From the NCBI RefSeq assembly GCF_009914755.1, contig NC_060936.1: a DNA stretch of 64,000 bases. One strand, written 5' to 3'. The stretch comes from the human T2T-CHM13v2.0 reference genome, Homo sapiens. Both the position numbers and the translations under genes were made by a program. Positions 27,926 to 44,801 of the stretch are shown here, piece by piece. Position 1 is the stretch's first letter, and each line of letters opens with the position of its first letter. The notes under the pieces were generated by a model, which did no database searches, had not been told where the DNA came from, and worked only from the letters and a program-made list of their open reading frames with translations.

Positions 27926-28489
27926 ATATTTTGAAAAACATTTCCACAGGGAGTAGAGCACCAAGCTGTGCCAGGAAAGCATGGGGATTCTTGTATTCCC
28001 TGCCAAGCTCAGGTTGGAGATGGGATATCATACTTTCCTATTAGTGTGCTTCCAACAGACTTGACCAAGATCATCCCAACAGAAAGGGCCAATTACTTAT
28101 GGATTCAGATTTCCACCCATGTTTTACCTTTGACTCCTTAGCAAGAACATGATTTGCAACATAGAAAAAACATCTGGCAGGTTGGCATTCCAGTGTGTAA
28201 TCTAGTTTTAGGCTAAGCAGAACTCAGATGCAGCAGTAAGGATTTGTGGGCTGGTGCCCAGTAGTTACAGTTGGTGAGAAGAGTTCCACTCTGTTTTACT
28301 TGCTCATGTTTTGTGGTCACAATCAGATCGTTTATCAGCATCATACATTTGTCCAGCATAATTTCTCTTCTCCACTCTGAGTTGACATTTTAATGGATTG
28401 TTTATAGCCAACATGGTAGCAAGATACAGGATGTTGATTCACTGTTAATTTATTTCAGCTAGGAAGATTACCAAAGCAGCATATCTCTT

Positions 28490-28844
28490 TGATATGGTTT
28501 GGCTCTGTCCCCACCCGTATCTCACCTTGAATGATAATATTCCTCATGTGTTGTGGGAGAAACCCATTAAGAGGTAATTGAATCACAGGGGCGGCTTTTC
28601 CCCTGCAATAATGAATAAGTTTCATGGGATCTGATGGTTTCATAAAGGTAAGTTCCCCTGCGCATGACGCATGACCTCTTGCCTGCTGCCATGTAATACA
28701 TCTCTTTGTCCTTCCTTCATCTTCTGCCATGATTGTGAGGCCTCCCTAGCCATCTGGAACTGTGAGTCCATTAAACTTCCTTCCTTTATAAATTACCCAG
28801 TCTCAGGTATGTCTTTATTACCAGCATGAAAATGAACTAATATA
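28490..28844 (+). mobile_element. THE1 solo LTR (MaLR)
   Basis: tgatatggtttggctctgtccccacc...aattacccagtctcaggtatg...ctaatata; perfect 5-bp TSD ctctt. Confidence 0.93.
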
Positions 28845-29564
28845 CTCTTGTTTGTTTTTTGTCATTGTGAGCAACCTGGATAGATGGAGCTTTCCCTGCC
28901 TTGTTCTCACCTGTCCTTTGATTGTCTGACTTTTCTTCCATAAAAGCTTTCATTTGGTACACTAGTTAACTTGGAACATAATATTTATTATCACTAAAAG
29001 TTAGAGTAATTGAGCTAAGCTAGCAAACTCAAGACCTACTTTTTTTCAAAAAGTCAAAGTGAATGTAAAATGTCCCAATTTTCCTTAGAAAAATAGCTTG
29101 ATAAAGGTCGTGTAGCTAATTAAATCTCAATTTGCCTATTTAGCACCTCAATTATTTTGTATTTTTATTTTTTTCCAAGGTCCCATAGAATCAGTTGGCT
29201 GGAAAAAAAATTAGCAAAGTGAATTTTAAAATTCAAGTTGTAAGTAATATCATTTGGCTTAGACGTGAAAGCTGAGCAGATAAATTGAAGCTGGATACCC
29301 CTTCTCTAGAGAGAAATGGAGAAGGGCTAGTACATTACTAACTTTGCTATGGTATCTGAGTTTATTATATGTTTATGCTGCTGACTTAAGTACTTCATAC
29401 AACGAAAATGTAGCAATAACGAGTTGCTCTTTAGTCTACTGTATGTGCTCTGTTTTCAACTTGGCAAGTAGCATTACTGCACAGTGGATATAGTCTGGAA
29501 AATGTGTTTGCAAATTGAATTTTTTAAAAAGAAATCACTCATTTTCTGAAGATAGGCAATTTTT

Positions 29565-29860
29565 TTTTTTTTTTTGCGATGGAGTCTCGCTCTATCACCC
29601 AGGCTGGAGTGCAGTGGCACGATCTGGGCTCACTGCAAGCTCCACCTCCCCGGTTCATGCCCGCCATTCTCCTGCCTCAGCCTCCGGAATAGCTGAGACC
29701 ACAGGCGCCCGCCACCACTCCCGGCTAATGTTTTGTATTTTTAGTAGAAATGGGGTTTCACCGTGTTAGCCAGGATGGTCTCCATCTCCTGACCTCGTGA
29801 TCTGCCCACCTCGGCCTCCCAAAGTCCTGGGATTACAGGCATAAGCCACGGCACCCAGCC
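29565..29860 (-). mobile_element. AluY
   Basis: Diagnostics gcaagctcc and ccgtgttagccaggatggtc; TSD ggcaattttt (29555-29564 / 29861-29870). Confidence 0.95.
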
Positions 29861-30376
29861 GGCAATTTTTAAGAATAATTCTGTGGTGATCTTTTTAAAG
29901 GTGAAGCCAGAAATTTCTTTATAAATTCAAATTGTAATGTTTCCTTTTAAGAATATTATTGGTTGCTATGTTATGGTATATAAGGGAGAAGAGAATGTAA
30001 TCTAGCTATCAAGAGACCTGCATTCCAGTCCTGTTGCTCTTCCATTATTTTGCTCTAGAGTTGAGAGATGGCATTAGAGGATCTTTGAGGATACTTTTAC
30101 TTTTAAAATTCCAGGATTTCAATTTCAAATTTTTGGTGACTGGCTTTGTTCAAAATAAAGCATTAACACTCAATAGATGGCAACATATCCTGAAGCTGCA
30201 CCATCCAATACAGCAGCCACTAGCCACATGTGGCAATTGAGCACTTGAAATATGGCTGGTCTAAACTGAGAAGTGCTGTAAGTGTGAAGTGCACACTAGA
30301 TTTCAAATGTTTGATAACAAATTGTGAAATATCTCATGAATTAATAATTTTTATATTGATTATGTTACTGTGATAT

Positions 30377-33277
<2,901 letters not shown>

Positions 33278-33363
33278 ATATTATCTTGGATATACTGGAT
33301 TCAAGAAAACATATCAAAGTGAATGCCATGCATTTCTTTCTTATTTTAAATGTAAACGTTTTA

Positions 33364-33589
33364 TTTTATTTAACTTTTATTTTTAGATTTAGGGCATACA
33401 TATGTGCAGGCTTGTTACAAAGGTATGTTGTGTGATGCTGAGATTTGAGGTACAATGGAACCCATCACCCAGGTAGTGAGCATAGTACCAAACAGGTAGC
33501 TTTTCAAACCTTGTCCCCCTCCCACCCTCCCCATTCTTGTATTCTTCAGTGTCTATGGTTCCCATATTTATGTCTATGTGTGCCCAGTG
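33364..33589 (-). mobile_element. Short 3' end of an older L1PA (about L1PA13-16)
   Basis: acatatgtgcaggcttgttaca...cccatcacccaggtagtgagcatagtacc; TSD tgtaaacgtttta (33351-33363) / tgtaaacatttta (33590-33602). Confidence 0.85.
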
Positions 33590-33834
33590 TGTAAACATTT
33601 TACATTTAAATAATTTAAATTTAAGCAATTAATAAGAATCTGGTAAACAATCTAATAAATAGAAAATTTAAACTTACTTATGGCTTACATGATATTTTTA
33701 TTGGGCAGTGCTACTCTAAAGGGACAGCACATCCCGCAAAGGACCTCTCCTAAAGAGCAGAGAACTTTTCATTACTGGTGTTGTTCAAGAAAAGCCTTGA
33801 TGATGTAGAAGAGATTCTTTGAAGGTAAGATGAA

Positions 33835-34120
33835 AGCATTATTTCTCAAAGTACAGTTCACAGAACACTAGTCCTGTGAGATACACCACCACAGTCAAGC
33901 AAGTTTAGGCAACACTGTGCTACTAACCTCCTCCTTCTGATTCCCAACACTCATTAGCATAGTGAAAGCTCAAAGAAGTTACACTGTAGTGAAACTTACT
34001 TTCCTTGAGTTAATCCACTTTTTTTTTCCAAATTCGTTGGAAAAAAAATCCTTTTAAAAATATATTAATGATACCTAATAGCTGCCTGTAGAATCAAGAA
34101 AGTCACTTTGAAAAATGCTG
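33835..34120. mobile_element. Ancient hAT-Charlie-like MITE
   Basis: Imperfect TIRs agcattatttctcaaagt / actttgaaaaatgctg. Confidence 0.55.
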
Positions 34121-34910
34121 GTAAATTAGATAATTACTAAGTCCCTTTTGTCTGTTGTATGTTTGTAGGCAATTTGTAAGATCTCATTCTAGGAATTAGG
34201 TGTAACTGCTTCTGTGTATACATGCTTCTATTCTAAAGAATCTTTCCCCTATTCTATGTAAAATGTTTTCCTTCACTTTTCTAAGCTACTTGAAATATCA
34301 TCAGTTGGATGTATTTGTGTTATCAACAACCCTCTTGAAAAAATTCCTAACTTGCCCTACTCTTCAAAGAAGGTATAAAATCAAGAGTTCAAGGAGAGGT
34401 ACTGCAATGTGTGAGAGATATATAGAAGTATAGGCGAGGGGATGCTAAAAAGACACCTGCCCTTTCTGAAATGTTATGGTTAGTGTATTCCCTATCAGGA
34501 AAAGTGCTGTGTTATGGGTTAAATAGGTTGCTGTGGACTCGCTGGGGAGCCCAAATATGATTTATAACTTTGTTTTCCAGGGAAATTGCATTCAGCATTC
34601 CAAAAAGCCAATTTACAAGCAAATGTTGGGAGCATAAATTGTAAGTTAGACACTACTGGTGTGTATATAGATTGACTCAGAACCTCAGGGAATAGAAGCA
34701 ATCAATATCCTGTGCATTGCTTCAATGCACAATCTTGCTTTTTGCAATAAGCTCTTTGCTTCTTCAAACAGCAAGAAGATGGACAGAAAGACAGAACAAA
34801 AGTTTTTATAACGGTATCTGCAGGATCTCATAAATTGTAAAGTAACATCAACAATCAAGAAGCCCTCATCAAGAATTTCCCTGGATTACAAACAATGAGG
34901 TTTTATTCTT

Positions 34911-35207
<297 letters not shown>

Positions 35208-37943
35208 AAGGTTTTATTCTTAAAGATACTCCTTCATAAAATAAACCAAGTTATTTTTTCTCATAGAATATATAAGAGTAGGTAGACATACACACATGCG
35301 AGCAGCCCAAACTTACAAAGCCTCAAACATCCATCTGCAGTTTTTAAGGAAAAATACATTTATTGGATTCACAAGGCATTAAATTACACATTGACTGGCA
35401 GTGGGTGTTTATTGATTGGACCTACTTCAGGTCAGGGAGCCTGAAACGGGGCAAAAGCAAGGAGAATTTAAATGAAACTATTATTTTAAAATAAAATATT
35501 TATACTTTATTAAAACTGGAAAATATATTAAATATAAACCCATGCTGAGATGTGGAACATTTGTTTTAAATGGTTTCAGAAAGTTTCTCTTTGACCTGCC
35601 TTCTTTGCTGAATGTGCAAATGAAAGATATGTTTTGTTTTCTAATTTGCATTACAGAGATAATGATTTATGTACAGTAAGTAAACCACTTTTCGGTGAGT
35701 CTTAACAGATATATATGATCATTTAACCACCGCTACAGTCATACCTTTGGATTCCTCTGTAGTCCATTCCTGCCCATTATCTGCAGCCTCTGGCAAACAC
35801 AGATCTGCTTTTACTGTAGTTTTGCCTTTTCCAGAGTTTTGTACAAACGAAATCTTATAATACTTACGTAGTAACTTGCGTTTGACTTCTTTTACTTAGC
35901 ATAATGCATTGAGATTCATCCAGTAGTTTGATCTTTTTTAAAAAAATTGTTTAGTAGTATTTCTTGAAGGAGATATACCATAATTTGTTAATTCATTCAC
36001 CCATGATGGAAAACTGAGTTGTGGCTAGTTTTTGGTGATTATGAATAAAGCTGCTGTAAACGTCAACAGACACATCTTTATGTGGACATAGATTTTTATT
36101 TCTCTTGGAAGATATTTAGGAATAGAATTGCTGGATCGTATGTGAAGTTTATATGCTTAACTTTAGAATTAACTGCCAAACTGCTTTCCTAAATGGTTGT
36201 TCCGTTTCATATTCATACTGGCAACGTATGAGAGTTCCAGGATGCAGACATCGTCACAGAGGTGTACTGCATCTTTTTGAATTTTAGACATTATAACCGT
36301 TGCATACTGATAATATATTGTGGTTTTTAATTAGCATTACATTAATGGCTAATGACATTGAGCACCTTTTCATGTAATTATTTATCTTTTGCATATATTT
36401 TTAGTGAATTATATATTCAAAACTTTTGCTCAAATTTTAAACTTGTCATTTTTAAACTTTTAACTCAGTTTAATTTTCCTATTATTGGGTTTTAAGAATT
36501 ATTTATGTATTCTAGAAATAGATCCTTCGTAAGATAAATGTTTTCCATGTAGTTTTTCCTAGTCAGGCCTAATGCTGCATATTCTTAATGTCCTTTAGAG
36601 TAATACACTTTTAATTTTTCTTTTAAGATGTGTTCTTTGTGTTTGATGTTAAAAATTTATACCTAAGCCAAGGTCCTAAGGATTTTTTCCCTATTTTCTT
36701 GTGAAAGTGTTTTAGTTTAGTTGTTACATGTAGGTAAATGATCCACTCAGAATTAACTTTTGTATATGGTTTGAGGTATGGGTTGAGGTTTATTTATTTG
36801 TTTATTTTGCATATGGCTATTCAATTATTACAGCATAATTTGTTGAAAAGAATATCCTTTCCCCATGGAATTACCCTGGTACATTTGTCAAAAATCAATG
36901 GGCCATCTAAGTACAGTTCTATTTTTTTTGTCTTTCTATTCTGTCCTATAGACCTATATATCTAACCTTATACCAATAACAGGCTATCTTGACTAGTGTA
37001 GCTTTATAATAAGTATGAAAACCAGGTAGTATAAGCTCTCTAATTTTTTAATCCTTTTCAAAATTGTTTTATCTATTCTAGATCCTTTGAATTTAAATAT
37101 TTGTTTTAGAATTAGTTTGTTACTTTTACAAAATAGCCTGCTGGGATTTTAACTTGGGGTTTATTGAATGTAAAAATCAAAATGGGGAGAGCTGATATCT
37201 TGACAATGTTGAATCATCCTAACCATGGGCATGATATGTCTCTCCATGGATTTAGAACTTTAATTTCTCTAGACAATGTTTCATAGTTTCCAGGGTACAG
37301 ATCTTGTACATATTTTGTAAAATTTATTCCTAAATAGTATATGTATATGGGTATTATTGTAAATAGATTTTTAAAATAATTTTATAATTGTATGCTGCTA
37401 GTATGTAGAAATGCAATTGATTTTGGGGTACTACCTTTATACAACTAATTTTGCTAAACTCATTTATTAGTTCTAGTAGTTTTTCTTTAAAGATCCCTTA
37501 GGCATTATCTGTATAGATGATCATGTCTTCTGCAAATAAGACAATTTACTTCTCCATTCCCTTGATTTGTTGTGCTGTCTAGAACCTCTGAATAATGTTG
37601 AATAGAAGTGGTGAGAGCTTATATCCTTGTTCCCTTTCTTAGGGGGAAAGTTTTTAGTCTTTTATCTGTAAGTATGATGTAGGAATTTTGAAGATACACT
37701 TTTTTGGAGTCAGGGAGATCTCTTCTATTTTCAGTTTGCTGAGAGATTTTTTTGTTTTTTGAGTTTTAAGATCAGGAATTGGTATTGAATTCATCAAATT
37801 ATTTTTATGAATCAATTGAGATTATTATATATTTGTTATATTTTAATCTGTTAGAATTGTGAGTTACATTGATTAATTTTTTAATATTGAATTAATCTTG
37901 CAATTCCTGGTATAAACTCTCTTGGTCATGATATGTTATGATA

Positions 37944-37952
37944 TGTGTGTGA

Positions 37953-37993
<41 letters not shown>
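37944..37993. repeat. (TG)n microsatellite
   Basis: About 20 uninterrupted TG units from 37954. Confidence 0.97.
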
Positions 37994-37994
<1 letters not shown>

Positions 37995-39472
37995 ATTCAT
38001 CTGCTAAAACTTTGATAAAGATTTTTGTGTTCATGTTCAAGAGAAATATCAGCCTGCAGTTTTTTAAAAATAATATGGCTTTTCTTGCTTTGGTGTTAGA
38101 GTAATGCTGATATCAGTATAATATGTTGATTTGTACTGGACTTTTTTTCTTCTCTAATATAAGATGTTAGTGTAATTAATTTTATTCTAGCACAGCTTTG
38201 GCTGGGTCCCACAAATTTTGATATTTGGTGTTTCTACATTCATTTTGTTCAAAAAATTTTCTGAGTTCCCAATTGATTTCTTCTGTGATTCATGAATTAT
38301 TTATACGTTATTTAATTTCTCAACATTTGGTTATTTCCCAATTATCATTTTGTTGACTACAGGTACTTTAATTCTTTTAAAGTCAGAGAACATTCTTTAA
38401 GATATAAATTATTTTAACTTTATTTAAACTTATTGTCCAGCATGATCTGGCTTGATAAATGTGTACACCTGAAAAAAATGTACTCTGTTTTTGTTCAGTG
38501 GAATGTTCTGTAAATATCACATCAGTTTGATTGATAGTTTTGTTTATGTGTTCTATAGCTTTACTATTTCTTAAAATCTATTTGTTCTATCAATTACTGA
38601 GAGAAGACTTGAAATATTCAATTATAATTATATATTTGTTTATTTACAATTTCATTTCTATCATTTTCTTTATGTGTTTTAAAGCTGTGTTATAGGTGCA
38701 TACATTTAGAAGTGTTATGTCTTTTTCAGTTGACCTCTTTATCTTTAGGAAAGGTTTCTTTTGGTTCCTGTTAATTTCCTTGCTCTGACATCTATCTTGT
38801 CCAATATTAATATGGCTACTCTGACTTTCTTTAAGTAGTGTTTGTTTAGTATATATTTCAGACTGTTGTATTTTTAATGTATTGTATCTTTTTGTTTAAT
38901 AAGAATTTCTTGTGGACAGAATGTAGGTTGTTCTCTCTTTATCCAATTAGAAAATCTATGATTTTTAATTAGAGTTTTTAGACAACTCATATTTAGTAAA
39001 TTCAAAGATGTAATTGAATTCTCTTCTTTTAATCCAATCTGTTCTTTTTTCTTTATCTTTTCCTGATTTTTTTATTAGAATAATTGAGTATTTCTTATGA
39101 TTCCATTTTATATACACTATTGGCTTTTTAGATACATCTCTTTGTTTTAGTTTTAAGTGGCTGCCCTAAACTTTACAACATATGCATTTAACTTATTATC
39201 ACTGCCTATCTCAAAATAATATTATGATATTTTACATATAGTTTCAGAAACTTAAAATCTATTCCCACCCTTCCTTGGTGTTAATGTTATTATATATTTT
39301 GCCCTAAAAATGTCCTTCTTTAACCTTTCTGGCATTACAGACTGGCTGGTGATAAATTCTCCCAGATCTTTTATCATTATTTTACCTTTATTATTGAAAT
39401 ATCTTTTCACTTGGAATAGAATAGTAAGTTGACATTTCTTTTCCTTCTATTTTAAATATTTCATTCCAATGA

Positions 39473-39877
<405 letters not shown>

Positions 39878-41070
39878 CCCACTGGCTACTTTTAATATTT
39901 TCTCTTTATCATAGTTTTGTAGCAACTTGATTTTGATGTATCATGATATTGTTTTTGTTTTTTACTCCTTAGGGTCTTTTGAGTTTCTTGGATTTGAGAG
40001 TTTATAATATGGATTTTTTCAGCTATTATTTGTTCATTTTTTTTTGGTCCCACCATCCTCTTCACTACTTCTGGGAGTCCAGTTATATACATAAGTGTTA
40101 GACTGCTTGGTTTTATCCCAGAAATCACTGATGATGTGTTCATTTTTATCTCTTTAGTCTTTTTTCCTCTCTTTTCTTCATTTGGATTATTTCTATCACT
40201 ATGTCATCAAGCTGGTCAATTTTTCAGAGTCTAATCTGATGTAAATGCTACACAGTGTATTATTATTTCAGATATTGTATTTTCTATCTCTAGAGATTAC
40301 ATTTGGGTCTTGTTTATAACTTTTATTTCTGTCTTCACTCACTATGTTTGTATCTTTCCCTACCTTCTTGAACATATGGAGCATATACATATAATGGCCG
40401 TATTAATTTTTTTGTTTGCTAATGCTAGCATTTGTCATGTTTTTGTCTGTTTCTATTGATTGATTGATTTTTATTCTATTTATGGATTATATTTTCCTGC
40501 TTCTTTGGCATAGTAATTTTTGACTGGATGCCAGCCACTGTACTTTTTATCTTATCGGGCACAAGATTTTACTGTTTTTGTATAGTGTGTTGGATTTTTT
40601 TCCAGCCCAAAATCAAGTTACTTGGACTCAATTCGATCAATTTCAGGCTGCCTTTTATGCTGTGTTAGAGCAGTTACTTAGCATCCTGGTCTGGCGCTAA
40701 TTTAGACTCACAATTCACACAATGTCCTAATGTCCTGTGTATAAACACAGTGTCTAAGATCCTGTTTATTACTTCTATATTACATGGTATTTTCAATAGT
40801 ACAAACTATTCTCAGCCTTATTTATGATCCCCCCAAAATTTGACCTACTGCTTTTCTGCACTTCTTGCTTCATCCATGGGTAGCATCCTCTTACCATGTG
40901 ATCCATACTAAGCCAAACACTGAAAGGAACTCTTTTGTACATCTGCGGAATTTTCTCTCTGTTAAGTTTCCTTTTTTCAGACATTCTTTCCCACAGATTC
41001 TTATAAACTTGACCTCCCCCAGTTCTGATTTTTGTCTATTCAACTCAATGAGACAACCAAGTTCTGCGGT

Positions 41071-41382
<312 letters not shown>

Positions 41383-41600
41383 TTTCCTTTCTTTCTTTTC
41401 TTTCTTGTTTTTCTTTCTTTTCTTTCTTTTTCTCTTTCCTTCCTTTCTCTCTTTCTCTTTTCTTTCTTTCTTCTTTCTCTTTTCTTTCTTTTTTCTTTTT
41501 TTCTTTCTCCTTCCTTCCTTCTTTCCTTCCTCTTTCTTTCTTCTTTCTTTTTTTCTCTTTCTTTCATTTCTTTCTCTCTCTTTCTTTCCTTTTTATTTTT
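41383..41600. repeat. Polypyrimidine/polypurine low-complexity tract
   Basis: Only 3 purines in 218 nt on the + strand. Confidence 0.97.
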
Positions 41601-42684
41601 AACTGTATTGCTTCTTGGAACCTGTCACTTGGCAGTAAGCTGAAGCATTCATAGGGTTTACATCATTTCTTTCCCTCCTTTTAGGGATCAATGCACTGTA
41701 TTGCTTGTTGTTCAATATCTGAAAACCATTGTTCTGCATATTTTATCTGACGTTTTTTCTGGTTGTTTAATATGTAAGAGTAAATCTGGTCCCTGTTACT
41801 CCATAATGGCCAAGTGATGTTATGCTTTTAATACAGAAAATAAAACACTGTCTCTACTTTTTACAAAGTGAACCTTTCTTCCTCGGCATTCATAAAAATG
41901 AAGCTCAGCTTCTAAACAACTAATAGTATTAACTTATTTATAATCTTATATTTGAGGAGAAGCCTGGGGCATGAGAGAAATCACCAATTTATATTTATAC
42001 AGTCTCATGCTCTTCTGTAATTAGTGGTTGAAACTTATGCCAGTGGTTGTTTGGTTTTTAATGTCTGGATTTGTATTCACATATCTAGGGTAGTTTCTGG
42101 TGTTGGTGACTCTGTGTTTAACTTAGTTTTTTGACTCAAGAATGACATCCACGTATTTCATTATGCTTCCTTATTAGCTTACTTTTAATAGGAATTGGTT
42201 GAACTATATTTCCAAGTATAGATATGAGAGAATCAAAGTGACTAATTCTAGAAGATAACAAAATTTCAAAAATAATTTTTATCTGCTTCCATGTCCCCTA
42301 CATTGTCTAAAAAGACTTTATTGAAAATGAATCATAGCTAAGTTTACCAATTTGATTCTTTAGTAGGTAGTTGCTTGCAGGAATAGGAATTTTTGACTTT
42401 CTTTCTTCCCTCCTGCCCGTCTAAACTCCTTTACATGACCACACTTAATATCACTGTTCATGTCTCTATATTTTGATTCCATGCTATTTCCTTTGCCTAG
42501 AATATCTTTACCATATTTCTTTCTTGGATAACTCTCGTGTATACTTTAAGGCTCAGATCAGACACCATCAAATAGACTAATTTGTATCAAGTTACTTGTC
42601 CAACATGTATAAAGATTTGTAGTGAGTGAACAAAAACATAGTTAAAGTGAATTATCTGCTTCAGTATCTTCCCCACTACAGCTC

Positions 42685-42930
42685 AAGGATAAGAAGTATA
42701 TAATGGTTAAAAATGCGAGGTCTGGAATCCAACTTTTTGACTCTTTGGGTTCAAATCCTGGTTCTACACACTAAATAGCTATGCAAAATTGGCTTTACTA
42801 CATTTTCCCCCTTGTGACTCAATATATTTATCTCTACAATTGTGCTTACAGTACTAGTCTTGCACAGAGTGATTGTGAAGATTTGATAATACATAAAGTA
42901 CCTAAAATAGCACCTAAAGACTCCAAAAGC
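42685..42930 (+). mobile_element. MIR
   Basis: taatggttaa...tctggaatc...gggttcaaatcctggttctac...gattgtgaagatt. Confidence 0.75.
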
Positions 42931-43069
42931 AGCTAGTTTAATCAACAGGAGCTAATTTTTTTATATCAGGCTCACTGATTTGTCAATTTTGCAATTCAGT
43001 TGTCCCCTTGAGTCTCCCTTCAAATTATAAATGTTTCATGTTATCACAAGAAAGATTACCCAAATATGA

Positions 43070-44393
43070 CAGAATGAGAAAATTATGCTTTTTATTATAG
43101 TCACATAAAATAAAGTCAGTTACATCAAGTTGTCCAAATGCATTGGTGAATTAATGCCGCTAACGCTTACAAATTTTTATACATATATCTATGCATTTAT
43201 AAATACATACATATGTAAAAGATATATATTTTCTACTAAAATAAAGTACCCAAATCTTGATATATATAGGGGCATAATGGGGGAGAAAAGAATCATAAGG
43301 TTTTATCAGTTGTAGACTGTACTTTCAGAATACAAGAGTCTGTTTTAGACACATTTATTCAGCTGTAATGAACTTTAATCACCCATTCTTTTCTGAATTC
43401 TCCTAAGTGAGTTAATGTATCCAAAATATCAAAATAAGTCATGTGGCAAACTTAATGAATCAGAGGCTAATTTTTCTTACTGTACCTGGCTCAAAGTCTA
43501 GACTTCCCAATGGAGGCATGGTTAAGCTCCATTCTTAATTTGCTTGTCTTTTGGACTGTGGTTTTTCTGCTAAGGTGATAAACAAATCAGATGTCTCTAA
43601 TTCTACATCTTCTACTAGCATTCAATAAAGTCAGGGTTTGGTGAAAAGACTTCCAATGTTTTTATATCACCCTGACTTGATGAAAAAAGGCCCAGCAGGA
43701 TGTGAATTTTGTGTCCTATTGCCTTTGTTATAGGGAAAATATTGTTTGAGCCAAGGAAGGAGAGTTAGGGTGTAATGATCAATAGATCATTGAGAGAACC
43801 AACTCAAATTGAAATGAATTCTCTGTTATAGTGAAAAACATTAGTGAGAAGATGCTTGAACTGAAGAACAAAATAAAATTTTAAAGAAAACCTAGATGAT
43901 ATTAGATAATTCAGAAAATCCTCACTTCAAACAGAAACTAGAGTTCCTTCTATTTCCTGTTCCAATAGCTCAGCTTCTTCTCCTGTGTTTTTACTGTATT
44001 TTCTGCTATCTTAGACTTTTAAGAAAATTATTTGTAGTATCTGACAAGAAATTGAATTTTTAAATGCCTTTGCAAAAACTTCAACCTACTTAAAGCAAGG
44101 TGAAGATGCCTAAAAATAGCTTAACATAAACCAGTCATTTCAGAATCTCTGGTGATTACATGTTCAAATGCCATTAGAGTGTATCTTATTCAAGCAGGAA
44201 AGGAAGAAATTGTTAGCACTGAAATTGCATGAAACACGCTAAAACTTCCCAACCTATTAGAGGCCAGAAACAATGGGAAGCCCAGACATTTCTCAGAATC
44301 CAAACAAAGAATGCAATATTTTGTTTTATTTTTGAAAGGGGAACAGAAGGGGAAGAGTGTTTCCAATTAGTTGGTCCACCTCAGCTGGGCTGC
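43070..44393 (-). other. RERG: RERG 3'UTR (3' end approximate)
   Basis: Repeat-free AT-rich sequence after the TAG. It ends at an AATAAA (43091-43096) preceded by several TGTA motifs. Repeats resume at ~42930. Confidence 0.8.
43091..43096 (-). terminator. Likely main (distal) polyadenylation signal AATAAA of RERG
   Basis: tttatt on + strand; UGUA elements upstream (43166-43212); T/GT-rich sequence downstream on the minus strand. Confidence 0.7.
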
Positions 44394-44801
44394 CTAACTA
44401 CTGATTTTGGTGAGCATCTTGTTAATGGCTTGCTTGACATGCGTGGTGGAGCTGCGTCGCCTCGTCTTGCCCTGCACCATCCTCCGGCGACGCACCTCTC
44501 GACACAATTCATAGAATATCTCTGTGATATTCCCTTCTCCAGTGCAGGCAGAGCACTCGTAAAAAGCACAAGCCAATTCTGTGGCCAGCTTCTCTCCTTC
44601 TTCTGTGCTAACCTGCCTGGAGTGGTCCAAGTCAGCTTTGTTTCCAACCAAGATGAGAGTCACATTCTTGGGCTTTTTGATCTCATCTAGGATGTTCTTA
44701 AGTGGCAGCACTTCCTCAAAACTTCCTCGGTCAGTAATGTCGTAGACCAGCACAAAGCCTTCCCCCCATCGCATGTGCCCCTCCCTCTGAATGGTATCTT
44801 C
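44394..44801 (-). CDS. RERG: RERG last coding exon (408 nt including TAG), [16 protein letters not shown]...NKAD...ECSAC...[22 protein letters not shown]
   Basis: Acceptor tttctttgccaacag|GAAGAT. Lies within ORF 44394..44828. G4 NKAD, G5-like CSAC, and a polybasic tail with no CAAX. Matches the RERG C-terminus as I recall it. Confidence 0.97.
   Translation of the reverse strand, partial: EDTIQREGHMRWGEGFVLVYDITDRGSFEEVLPLKNILDEIKKPKNVTLILVGNKADLDHSRQVSTEEGEKLATELACAFYECSACTGEGNITEIFYELCREVRRRRMVQGKTRRRSSTTHVKQAINKMLTKISS

Noticed and set aside
44229-44690. 153-aa ATG-initiated ORF antisense to the last RERG exon
   Set aside because: Most likely an antisense shadow of a GC-richer coding exon. 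No recognisable domain, promoter or splice support.
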